Source: Antechinus flavipes (Eukaryota). Taken from it: DNA of 64,000 nucleotides. The DNA lies in NCBI RefSeq assembly GCF_016432865.1, contig NC_067399.1, positions 58,776,001 through 58,840,000 of the forward strand, in the 5' to 3' direction. Below, piece after piece: positions 21,646 to 32,770 of the stretch. A program made the translations under genes and the position numbers. Numbering within the stretch: position 1 is the first letter of the stretch; each line of letters opens with the position of its first letter. Below the pieces are notes generated by a model that saw only the letters and a list, made by a program, of their open reading frames with translations, had not been told where the DNA came from and did not search any database.

Positions 21646-23848
21646 TCTACCCCAAATGTTCAATGGGACTATTTGTGTCCCACTTGTGTCAGAGCATCCC
21701 AAGCTCATGTTGGGACACCCTATAACTCTACTCTAATATAGTGATGACATTTGGGTCTTCTTCGAATATAAAGGACAACAATCAACCATGAACATTCAAC
21801 ATGAACACTTTTAACCGGTTTGACTTCCCAAAGTCAAGACTGAAGGGTTAATTTAAGTTGGAAGGGAGCCTTGGACCTGGATTTTGTGTTCTCATTCTGA
21901 CATGTGTGACTTTAGAACACTCCCTTCCCCTCCCAATTTCAGGTTGCTTCTTGGTAAAAAGAAGATCCGGATAGATTAGAGATCTCTAAGGTTTTTGTTT
22001 GGGTTTTTTCCTCTCTACTCGGACATTCTCTGAAGCCAGCTGGCCTTTTGGACTTTGGCCTCCTTGGATCAGTATTCAAGGAGCTTACATTACCTAATGA
22101 TGCCTAGTCCTAGGCTCCACACACAGCCTATGCCCAGTAAATTTGGGGGGATTTAACTTGGATGAATTCAACCGGAAAACTGAGACACCTTGTGTTTAGG
22201 CCGTGTTTCTCAGTCTTCCATCCTTTGGAGGTGGGTTGGAATTTTCAGATGAGCAAATGGAGGCAGAAAGAGATGAAGTCAGTGATTCCTTCTGGGCCAA
22301 GCGCTAGTCTAGGAGGATTAAAGAAGTCCTGAGGGGAATCTTTTGACCAAAATGGCTCCTGGTAGCCAAAGGAGGGAGAAGGAACCAACAGGGTCAAGGA
22401 GTACCAGCTTAATGTTTGACAAGATGTTGTCTTGGAATCCTTTGTCCCAATGACCTTCTGCCTCATCCAGACCCAAGCTTCAGTCTGATTTCACCAGGTC
22501 TACTGACCATTACTGAAAAGGGTTATTATACAGATGGTCTGGAAAGGTCAAGGGAAGGATTTATTTATTTTGTTTTGGTACATGAGCTTTACACCTTAAT
22601 GTTTTTTTGAACGAATGGATAGATGGGGAGATATTATCGAAGGAACCCCAATCTCCTTTAATTGTTCTTTTAACTGTGCTCCCTGCAGCTTCTGCTTCTC
22701 ATGATGACAGACACTAAGCCTGGCTCTTTTTCAAGGATTTTTGGAAATTTCTCAACTTCCAAATAAGTGACCAAGAATGGACTCTCTTATTTGGTTAGTT
22801 TATTTATTTAATGATGGGGTTATCAGAAATAGAATTTTTGTTTGTTCTACTTTGGAAGCAGAGACAGAAGCAAACACAGATAGAAAGAAGTGATCGGAGG
22901 GCAAGCAGAGACAAAACATTGAAAGGTTTTGCTTTTGTGAATTTGGGTGATTCCTTTCTCCCCTAATCCTTTATGATTTGATCCTTGAATGCCTTCTCTG
23001 TCACTCCATGAGACCTTGGGTTGCCCATCTATCGTTGTGATTACCAAAGGAACTAGTGGATTTGGGGGGTTAAAAGGGAATGGACTTAGGAATGAGTGGA
23101 GAAGCTCCTTTTTGCAAAACCCTGCTTAAACATAAGGAATTCAAAGCAATCAATTACCTTATCTGAGAGCACCAGCTGCTCCTCTCACTCCAAACCTGCT
23201 CCTGTTTTAAAGAGCCTGGACTCTTTACTCTTCCTGCTCCTCTTCCTAGATACCCCTACCAACCCAACTCTGTATTGAGAGTTGCCCATATATCTTTGCC
23301 CATAAGGCACAATCCAAGACCCTATACCCAGTGGGAGGCATCTTTTACACACCGGGGACAAGAGTCCAAGAGCCCATGCCCCAGCTCTGCCATTTACTTG
23401 CTTCGCTAATAGGATACTTCCCCCTCTCTGCTGCTCTGTACAATCAGGGGGCTGGACTCCACGTCTGAGGTGCCTTGGAGAACTAACATTTTAGAGCTCA
23501 GCTCAAATGCCTCCCACAAAGCCTCCCACACGAGGTCTTTCCTGATTTCCCCAGCTGTTAAGGCTGCCTCCGAATTGTCTTGAATTTCTTTTTTTATACA
23601 TTTTGTTTATACTTGTAGGAATAAGTATAATATCCCCCTATAGAATATTCTCTGACTTTTCCTCTTTTCTCTTTTATCTATCTCCAGTGCAGATCTCCCA
23701 ACTTTGGGCACTTTCACTGATTGTCTTCCAAGCTTGAGTTTCTCTCCTCCTTCATCCCCATCTCTTGGCTTCTTTGGTTTCCTTCAAGGCTCAACTAAAA
23801 TTCCACATTCTGGAAGAGCCTTTCCTAGTCCTCCTTAACCTTAAGGTC

Positions 23849-24001
23849 TTTTTTCTTCCTGAGGCAATTGGGGTTAAGTGACTTGCCCAGCGAAGGGCTG
23901 CCCACCAGCCAGGACGTGTTAAGTGTCTGAGACCAGATTTGAACTCAGGTCCTCCTTACTTCAGGACTAGTGCTCTATCCACTGTACCACCTAGCTGCCC
24001 C
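23849..24001 (-). mobile_element. Short tRNA-derived marsupial SINE (WSINE1-like)
   Basis: T-tail then gaggcaattggggttaagtgacttgcccag...gatttgaactcaggtcctcc...ccacctagctgcccc. Confidence 0.8.
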
Positions 24002-24150
24002 CTAATGTGTTTTTTGATAATTNNNNNNNNNNNNNNNNNNNNNNNNNNNNNNNNNNNNNNNNNNNNNNNNNNNNNNNNNNNNNNNNNNNNNNNNNNNNNN
24101 NNNNNNNNNNNNNNNNNNNNNNNNNNNNNNNNNNNNNNNNNNNNNNNNNN

Positions 24151-24300
24151 TTCTCTTCCTTCTTGTCCTTGTTCTTGTTCTTCTCATCCTCTTCCTCCTC
24201 TTCCTCTTCCTCCTCCTCCTCTCTCTCTCATCCTGTTCTTCTCCTCCCTCTTCTCTCCTCCTCCTCCTCCTCCTCCTCCTCTTCTTCCTCTTTTCTCTCA

Positions 24301-24330
<30 letters not shown>
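24151..24330. repeat. (TCC/TTC)n followed by (TG)n
   Basis: Direct reading. Confidence 0.9.
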
Positions 24331-24333
<3 letters not shown>

Positions 24334-24974
24334 ATATGGATTTATGATGCCATGGTCCACTGGGTGACTAACAGCGACTAACAGCGATTGATCAACAAAG
24401 TGAGTGGCTTCTTTGACATCTGGGACACTAGTCTTCCCTGGTCCTCCTCTCATTCTTCTTGATCTCCTTTGCTGCTCTCCTAGAATTGATGTTCTCCAAG
24501 GCTCTCTCTTTGGACCTCTTCTGTTTTCTCCTAAGTGATGTCCTATCTATCCATAAAGCCAAGTATTATCCCAATGCAAATGTCCTCCTAATCTGTATAT
24601 TAGTCTGTTGGGCTTCATTTCTGTTTGGATATCCTCTTGGCTTTCAAATTCAGTGTGTCCAAAACATCTTTCCCCCAAATTCTTGAAAATTCTCTATCTC
24701 CATGGAAGGTATCGCCATCTTCCAATAACTCAATTTATACTTGGACTTATACTTGATTCTTCATATTCCTTCACCTTACATATCCATTAAATTGCCAAGT
24801 TCTGGTTAATTCTGCCCCCACCCCCACCCATAATCTCAATTTTCTCCATTCACAAATTCTAATCTCTGTGGTAGACTGTTGGAATAGCCTGTGATTTACT
24901 GGTTCTCCCTGCCTCCCATCTCTTTCCTTTTCAATTCATTCTCTTTATTCGGATGTCAAAATAATCTTCTAAAC

Positions 24975-25187
24975 CAGGGTTCTTAACTAGGAGATCATTA
25001 ACTTGTTGTTTTTTTTAAATAAAATATTTATACAACTATTTCAACACAATTGGTTTCCTTTGAAATTGCATTTCTGTGTGTAATATTTTGTGCATTCAAA
25101 AGCATTATTTGGAGAATAGGTCCAAAGGCTTCTCCAGATTACTGCCTAAGGGTCTAAGACACAAACAGAGTTACTTAAGGACTCTTG
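24975..25187. mobile_element. hAT-Charlie MITE (Charlie4-like)
   Basis: Ends cagggttcttaac / ttaaggactcttg; same family at ~39020-39200 and, inverted, ~40388-40545. Confidence 0.55.
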
Positions 25188-25206
25188 CTATAATGGTTTA
25201 GAAATT

Positions 25207-25714
25207 GAAGGGTCCTCAAACTACGGCCTGCAGGCCAGATTGGGCAGCTGAGGATGATTATCCCCCTCACCCAGGGCTATGAAGTTTCTTTATTTAAAGG
25301 CCCACAAAACAAAGTTTTTGTTTTTACTATAGTCCGGCCCTCCAACAGTCTGAGGGACAGTGAAGTGGCCCCCTAGTTAAAAAGTTTGAGGAGCTGCACC
25401 CAAAGAAAGAACACTGGGAAATGAATATAAACTGCATGCATTTTGTTTTTCTTCCTGGGTTATTTATACCATCTGAATCCAATTCTCCCTGTGCAACAAG
25501 AGAACTGTTTGGTTCTGCACACATATATTGTATCTAGGATATACTGTAACCTGTTCAACATGTAAAGGACTGCTTGCCATCTGGGGGAGGGGGTAAAGGG
25601 AGAGAGGGGAAAAATCGGAACAGAAGTGAATGCAAGGGATAATGCTGTAAAAAATTACCTTGGCATGGGTTCTATCAATAAAAAGTTATTTAAAAAAAAG
25701 TTTGAGGACCCCTG
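25207..25714. mobile_element. hAT MITE (OC1/OposCharlie-like) with an L1 nested in its right TIR
   Basis: Inverted termini gggtcctcaaact (25210-25222) and agtttgaggacccctg (25699-25714); ~190 bp body. Confidence 0.75.
25393..25694 (+). mobile_element. 5'-truncated L1 3'UTR insertion
   Basis: L1 3'UTR sequence with an A-tail; 14-bp TSD aaaaagtttgagga (25379-25392 and 25695-25708) at a TT/AAAA site. Confidence 0.85.
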
Positions 25715-27450
25715 GAATCACTTTAGAACATTGACCATGCTCCTCTCATCCTCAGAATTTTTTTATGGTATTCGAAAAGAAAATATACATTCTTTTAATC
25801 AATTAATCATCGAGCATAAATTAAGTCTGTATCATGGTCACCTAGAACTGTTGTAGTGCCAAGGATGCAAAGACAAAAAAGAAACATTTCTTATTCTTAT
25901 CAGCTTATTTTCTGAGAGGCAGGTGGATGGAACAGTAGATAAAGTATGGAACCTGAGTTAAATTTAGCATTGAATATTTATTAGTTTTATGACACTGGGC
26001 AAGTATGATTCTGTTTGCCTCATTTTCCTTGAACAATGCTTTCCACACCCAAAGAGAGAATTGATAAGGTCTGGGTGCAGATCATAACATACTTTTTAAA
26101 AAAATGTAGTGTCTGGACTAGCTCTCTGGAGGATCTGGGGACCAGCCTTGGTCTTAGTGGAGCAGTGAAGGAGGCAAGAGAGCCAGGAGGCTGGTCAAAC
26201 AAGGAATGTCTCATTTCCAGTCTTCTCAGCCCTTTTATACCTTAGTACAATCACATCATTACAGCACACTGAATAAGTGTGAACTAGAGAACCATTACAT
26301 CATCACAGCACACAAGTGCTAACTAGAAGCACCCTACTATTGATATGCAAATGCCTCTTACTGTAAGTGTTCTTTGCTTCAGGTAGAACACAGGTGTTCA
26401 CATCCTCCTTGACTTCTCTGGAAGGTAAGAACACCAAACTAGACATTGTCAGCAGGTTTTCTCTGGGCTGAAGGGTCTTATACCTTATCCAGAGTTCCCC
26501 ACTATCTGTAGCCCTCTACAACTCCTAATCTGTCAAATGGGGGCTTCACTTTCCAGAGATGTTATGAGACTCAAATAAGATAATATTTGTAAAATCCTAC
26601 CACATTGTCTAGCACAAGTAATAAATGCTTCTTTCTTCCATTCCTATCAAGGGAGATAACACTTATATATGATGCATAAAATAAATATATGATATATTTT
26701 AAACAATATATATACATATGTGTTTATATATATGTATATATATATAGACACATATACATACATGTAAATATCCTAGGAAGGAGAGCAGTAGAAGCCAGTA
26801 GCAGATCAGAAAAAGCTTTCTGTGGGAGAAGGTAACACATGAGTCAAGTTTGAAGAAAATAAGGGGTTTATTTAAAGTGGAAGTGAGGAAAAAGTGCCTT
26901 CCAGCTGCTAGACTTGGGAGATGGAGCATCATTTGGCAGGAAGAGCAGGAAGTCCAGCGTGGCTGGACTGCAGAGAAGGAAAGGACTAATGGAAGGATTG
27001 ATTGGGGCCAGTCTATGAAGGGCTTTAAAAGTCAAACAGAGAACTCAGTGTGCATTGGATCCTAAAAGAACTGTGGGAGGCATCAGAGTTTATTGAGTGA
27101 ATAAGAGACATGTGCAGACCAGGGTTTTAGGAAAATAGCAAGAAGCTCCATGGAGGTGGATTGGAGAAGTGGGAGATTTGAGGTAGGAAGACCAATTAGA
27201 AGGCAATTAGACTAGTCTAGGTAAGAGGTAATTAAAGTCAGATGGTAGCAATGTGAGTAGAGAGAATGGGACAGATTGGAGACGTGAACCAGAGATAGAA
27301 AGGACAAGATTTGTCAGCTTATTTAAATATATGGCATAAAGGAATATGGAGGGAAAAGTCACAAGCCTAAATCACTGTAAAGACAGTGGTACCTTTGAGA
27401 GAGAACAAGAAGGAAGTTCAGGGAGAGGGGTCATTTGAGGAAAAATAATG

Positions 27451-27961
27451 TTTTTTAATAGCTTTTTATTTTTCCAAATACATGCAAAGGTAGGTTTCAA
27501 CATTCATCTTTGCAAAACCTTGTGTTCCAATTTTTTCTCCCTTCCTCCCCTACCTCCTCTGCTCAACAGTAAGCAATTTTCTATAGATTAAACATGTGCA
27601 ATTCTTCTAAACATATTTCCATATTCATCAGGCTACACAAGAAAAATTAGACCAAAAGGGAAAAAATGAGAAAGAAAAAAACCCCAAGCAAACATACAAC
27701 TCCCCAAAAAGGTGAAATGACTGTGCTGTTATCCACCTTCAATCTCCATAGTTCTCTCTCTGGATGTAGATGGCTCTCTCCATCACAAGTTTATTGGAAT
27801 TGTCTTGAATCACCTCATTGTTGAAAAATGTCAAGTCCATCAATTAATTATTACATAATCTTCTTGTTGCTGTGTACAATGTTCTCTTGATTCTACTCAC
27901 TTCACTTAGGATCAATTCATGTACGTCTCTCCAGACTTTTCTGAAATCAACCTAATCATCA
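27451..27961 (-). mobile_element. L1 3' fragment
   Basis: Reverse complement of marsupial L1 ORF2 end/3'UTR (aatagctttttattttccaaatacatgc...). Confidence 0.8.
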
Positions 27962-28101
27962 TTTTTTTTTTTTTTTGCTGAGGTAATTGGGGTTAAGTGA
28001 CTTGCCCAGGGTCACACAGCCAGTGTCTGAGGGCAGATTTGAACTCAGGTCCTCCTGATTTCAGGGCTGGTGCTCCATCCACTGCACCACCTAGCTGCTC
28101 C
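27962..28101 (-). mobile_element. WSINE1-like SINE
   Basis: T15 tail; near-identical to the 23849-24001 copy. Confidence 0.8.
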
Positions 28102-28487
28102 TTTCCATGTAGTCTTGTATTTTTTTTTCATCTGAACCAAGTCACTTCATTAGGATGTAAATGGTGGTAGTTTTTTTTTTTTTTTTGGTTCAGATTATGA
28201 AAAGGTCAGATAATCAAAATATGCATGCACTGAAAGGCAGTAGGAGTCACACCCACGGTTCCCAGGCATGGGGGAAGCCAGGTGTGGCTTAGCTCTGCTA
28301 CCACTGTCTTCAAGGGTATGCTTGTCAAAAAGGTATTCTGCCAGAATGGGGGCCCCCATTTTGGGCAGGTCGGTTAAGTGATCACCCAGTCATTTGATGG
28401 ATTTTACCTGTTTGTCCAGATAGGGGGTTTTGATGAAAACACATAAATGGGGGTCGTTTTTGTCAGTTGCCAGCTTGTACAATTCTA

Positions 28488-29080
28488 TTTTTTAAAAATT
28501 TGTAATAGCTTTTTTCCAAACTACATTCAGAGATAGTTTTTAACATTCACCCCTGCAAAACCTTGTGTTCCAAATTTTTCTCCTTCCCTCAACACCTCCT
28601 CCCTCCCCTAGGCAGCAAGCAATCCAATATAGAAACATGTGCAATTCTTCTAAACATATTTCCATATTTGTCATAGTGAGCAAGAAAAATCAGATCAAAA
28701 TGGGGGGAAAATGAGGGGAAAAAGCAGCCAAACAGACAACAACCTCAAAGATGGGATCCACACTCAGTCCCTACAGTCCTCTCTCTGGGTACAGATGGCT
28801 CTCTTCATCACAAGGTCATTGGAACTGGCTTAAATCACTTCACTGTTGAAAAGAGCCATGTCCATCAGAGTTGATCATCATATAATCTTGTGGACAATGT
28901 TCTCCTGGTCCTGCTCGTTTCACCCAGCATCAGTTCATGTAAATCTCTCCAGGCTTTTCATTTCAGAAAAACCTGATTTCACAGCTGCTCATCATTTCAT
29001 ATAGAACAATAATATTCCATTACATTCATTCCCCAAATGCTGGGCATCCACTCAACTTCCAGTTCCTTGCCGCTACACAA
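28488..29080 (-). mobile_element. 5'-truncated L1 inserted in the FTH1 retrocopy
   Basis: L1 ORF2 end + 3'UTR + tail; FTH1 codons resume on both sides. Confidence 0.85.
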
Positions 29081-29409
29081 AGTAACGAATGAGTGACCTT
29101 TTCCCCCAAGTACGGAGCACATTCCTTTGCATTTTACTACTCTCCCAGACTTGATGATCTTGTTTTTTGATCTTTCAGGAAGATGGGGCCACCTTTTTGG
29201 TTTGGGAATTCCATCAGCTTCTCTACATGTTCCCTTTCCTCATGGGAATGGTATGGGAAATACTTGGCAACGTTCTTGGACACCATGTCATCTCGTGGAC
29301 AGATAGATGTAGGGGACATGAGGCTCCAGGATGATCTGCTGGTTGGTGGCAGCCTCCAAGTCCTGATCATAGTTCTAGCACATTTGAGAGGGAGTTAAGA
29401 TCAATAAGA

Positions 29410-29650
29410 TGGTGAAAAGGAGGAGGGAGGAAGAGGAGAAAGAGGAGGAGGAGGAGGGGAAAGAGGAAAAGGAAGAGGAAGAGGAGGAAGAGAAGGAGAA
29501 GGAAAGGGGTGAAGAAGAGAGAGGAAGAGGAGAAGGAGGAGAAGGAAGGAGAAGAAGGAATAAGAAGAAAAAAGAGAAAGAAAGACTAGAAGGAAGAGGA
29601 GGAAGAAGAAGAGAGGGAAAGCCTAGAAGGAGGAGGAGATGTGGATAGGA
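29410..29650. repeat. (GAG/GAA)n purine tract
   Basis: Direct reading; lies inside the FTH1 retrocopy TSDs. Confidence 0.9.
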
Positions 29651-30744
29651 AGGAGATGATTGCACAGCAGCTGTAGCTGATAGCCCTGTATTTTCACAGG
29701 CCAGGAAAGCTTTTCCTTCTTGTCTTTTAGGATACTTACTTCCCTTTAAGGCTGGACTCTGGCAATCCCTTCTAAACAGACTTCCTTAGCCCTTCCAATT
29801 TGTTGATGCTTTCTCCTTGCTCAAATAGCCTGTACCACACTCCTTATAGTCCTTCCCTGAACCCAAGTGATTGTAAACTCCTCCAGGGAAGGGTCTGTTT
29901 CATTCTGTGTGTGCAGTACCTAGCACTGTCCTCTGAATGCAATCTGTGCTTAATTGATTTTTCATAAAGTCTGAGCTGGAAGGGCTGGACCCTGAAGCCA
30001 GCTCTAGTCCATTTCTCTTCAATGTTAAAAAGAGAACTGAGGTCCAGGTTCTCATCCTAAATCATCCAGGTAGTAAGCATCCCAGGCAGGATTTGAACCC
30101 AGGACTTTTGCCTCCATAGCCAAGTGATCTTTCCCTCGCCCATATTTCCTCCAATTATGTTATTGAATGAAATGGAAATGAGAGCCTTACAGTGACTAAC
30201 AGAGAGACATTACCGATAGTGGAGTGAATAAGTTCATGCCTTCTGGCTGCAGGTGATATCATAATTTCAATTAAGATATTAATTTCAAGTCACCTAATGT
30301 GCTCTGCAAAGTGCTAGAGGCTTATTTAGTCTTCATTGTCTCTCATGTTGGGGAGGTAGAGAGAGGGATGGATCTGGAGCGAGACACTTGTTGGAAAAGG
30401 AGGGTTAGACAAGGGGATCCCAAAGAAAAGCTTAGGTTAATTTTACACTTTTATCTGGAGTTGGATCTATTCCAGGCCCAGCAATGATTGCAGATCAGGC
30501 GCATGCTTTCCCTAGTGAAAACTGAGAAAGGACACAGCAGGGAGGAAGCTGGTGTAAACACCTTTTCCCTTGGTGTGTGAAACAAGAAGTCATCTCTGTG
30601 GGTTCACACGATGTCTCCCTGTTGGATGTTTACATTAGGATGGTGTAATGAAAAAAAAAAAAAAAAGATGAATTTGGAATCAGGATACCTAAAAATCTGG
30701 TCACAACTTTGTTCAAAAATCCTCAGAGGCTCCCTATTGCTCTT

Positions 30745-30972
30745 AGCACATTATAGGTGCTTAGTAAATATATGTTTCCTACTAGGTGTTTAATAAATGC
30801 TCATTTCCTTCTAGGGGCTTAATGCTTATTTCCCTCTAAGTACTTAATAAATGCTTGTTTTCTTCTAGGTGTTTAATAAATATTTCTTTCTAGGAGCTTA
30901 ATGCTTGTTTCTCTTTAAGTGCTTAATAAATGTTTGTTTCTGTCTAGGTGCTTAATAAATGCTCGTTTCCTT
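30745..30972 (+). repeat. ~25-29 bp minisatellite built from the L2 3' terminus, 8 units
   Basis: Consensus ctaggtgcttaataaatgcttgtttcctt. Confidence 0.85.
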
Positions 30973-31857
30973 TCTCTGTGCTCTAACCGAATTAGGTTAG
31001 CCCACAGGGCTCCCTCTGCCTGGAATGTTGTCTCTCCCTTGACCTCTTTGCTTTAAGGCTGAGTCAGATACCTCCAGCTTGAACCTTCCCTAAGCCTTGC
31101 TGGCTGACAATGATGTTCTTCCTGGGACCTCACCTACCACTCTTGTCTTTTGTAATGGGGTTATATAATAGAATTATGTGTATTAAGTTACTTGGCTGTT
31201 GTATCTTATTTCCCCATTCAATGGTGAGTTCTAAGAAGAGAAGAACTACATGTTATCTAACTATCTCTCCCAGCCCCTAACTTAGGCTCAGAACATTTTC
31301 TGAATGAGAGTCAATGCAGGGTGGATAGAGCATCAGCCCTGAGTTCAGGAGGACCCAAGTTCAAATCTGGCCCCAGTCACTTAGCTGTGATCCTGGACAA
31401 ATCACTTAACTCCCGCTGCTTACTATTTCAGACAACTTTCTACTGCTTCAGACTCCTAATAGGTGCATTACCTCGGAGAACTCATACAACCTTCAGAAAT
31501 TTGGTTTCCTCACCTGTAAAATGGTGATAACAGCACATACTCTCACAGTTGTTGGGAGAGCAACAGGAACATGACTCTAGAAAGAGAGCTAGTTATATTC
31601 TAGCTATCTAGTTGTATTCTATTCTATAGATTAGAAAACAGAGACCCAGGGCTGTAGAATTTAGGTGAAAATCACACAAATACTAAAAAAGGGACGAGAT
31701 CGAAGATTCAAACTTCAGTCCCCCGACTTCAGAGTCAATAGTTATCTCTCCATACCATGTATGAAAAAAAAAATCAACAACATTGAAAACTGTAAAGGGC
31801 AAGTGATTGTTCTCTGGTCTCAGATTTTGAATTCCTGTAAGTTAGGAAGGTGTTTAA

Positions 31858-32222
31858 TAGGGCTTCTCAAACTTTTTGGTCTCATGGCCCTTTATAGTGT
31901 GGGGGTGTGTGTGTGTGTGTGTGTGGCCATTGGGGTTAAGTGACTTGCCCAGGATCATATAGTTAGGAAGTGTTAAGTGTCTGAAATGGGATTTTACTGA
32001 CTCCAGGGCTGGTGCTCTGTCCACTGTGCCCGACACTACCCTCTTCCCCCGTTTTATGCTCTTAAACGTTATTGCGGACATCTCCAAAAGAGCTTTTGTG
32101 AGATTTATCTATTTATATTTATAATATTTGAAATCAAGACATCTTCATATTGTTAAGGAAATAGATTTGACTCTAAGGTACTCCTTAAAAAGGTATCCAG
32201 AGACCACCCCTTGAAAGCCACT
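31858..32222. mobile_element. Charlie1-derived hAT MITE (MER3/MER33-like), interrupted
   Basis: gggcttctcaaactttttggtctc ... ctcttaaacgttattg..caaaagagcttttgt ... cttgaaagccactg. Confidence 0.5.
31925..32035 (-). mobile_element. WSINE-like SINE with (GT)n tail, inserted in a hAT MITE
   Basis: ttggggttaagtgacttgcccagg...ggtgctctgtccactgtgcc. Confidence 0.65.
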
Positions 32223-32599
32223 GGACTGAGACTGAAGGTCTCAGAGCTCTAGCTTTAGCTTCCTTGACTATTTGGGGATTCCCAAGACTACAAGCCAAAA
32301 AGTGTTTAGTCCAGATCCTTCCTTTAAGAGACTAACAAATGGAAAGTTATTTGCTAAGGTCATACAGCAAATTACCCTTCCTTTTTCTGTGCCTCAGTTT
32401 CCCCATCTATAAAATGAAGGGATTGGACCAATCGATCTCCTATTCTGATGCTAATGAAGGAGCAGTGATTTGAATCCAGAGTCTCAGTTACCCCATTTGT
32501 AAAAAAAAAAAGGTGTTGGACTAAATAACCTCCTGTTCTGATGCTAATGGAATACTATAGACTTGAATCCAGGTCTCCCAACTTTGCAGTCCAGTCTAT

Positions 32600-32770
32600 G
32601 GGCCATCTCCAGTCGTCTTGATCTATATTTTGCTACTGGACCTAGATGGCTCTGGAGGAGAAAGTGAGGCAGGTGACCCTTCCTGAAATCCAATTCACTT
32701 GCCTGTCATGTCGTCACCTCCCTGATGTTGTGGTCCTCTTCCAAAAGGAAGGACACACAACAACAATCCA
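32600..32770 (-). mobile_element. Marsupial SINE-like repeat, same family as 440-720
   Basis: gggccatctccagtcgtcttgatc...ctggaggagaaagtgagg...caattcacttgc. Confidence 0.65.

Larger units (their letters stand above)
28124..29680 (-). pseudogene. FTH1: Processed ferritin heavy chain pseudogene (retrocopy), split by an L1 insertion
   Basis: Minus strand reads PSQMC*NYDQDLEAATNQQ...RDDMVSKNVAKYF..SHEEREHVEKLM..NQKGGPIFLKD, then [L1 28488-29080], then [49 protein letters not shown]. Intronless, with stops and frameshifts, a 3'UTR remnant, an A-tail remnant at 28120-28128 and a 14-bp TSD. Confidence 0.93.

Noticed and set aside
29375-29665. E/K/R-rich and S/F-rich ORFs (also 35401-35715)
   Set aside because: They are translations of purine/pyrimidine trinucleotide repeats
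29650-29760. Iron-responsive element for the FTH1 retrocopy
   Set aside because: No CAGUG(N) loop with a bulged-C stem is visible, and the TSD ends the copy at 29680
30745-30972. CRISPR-like appearance of the short repeats (also 7212-7362)
   Set aside because: Mammalian DNA; the units are contiguous with no unique spacers, so these are ordinary minisatellites
31058-31066. Second ARE-like core (TGACTCAGC on minus)
   Set aside because: Lacks the flanking R and A, and lies in repeat-like sequence far from the promoter
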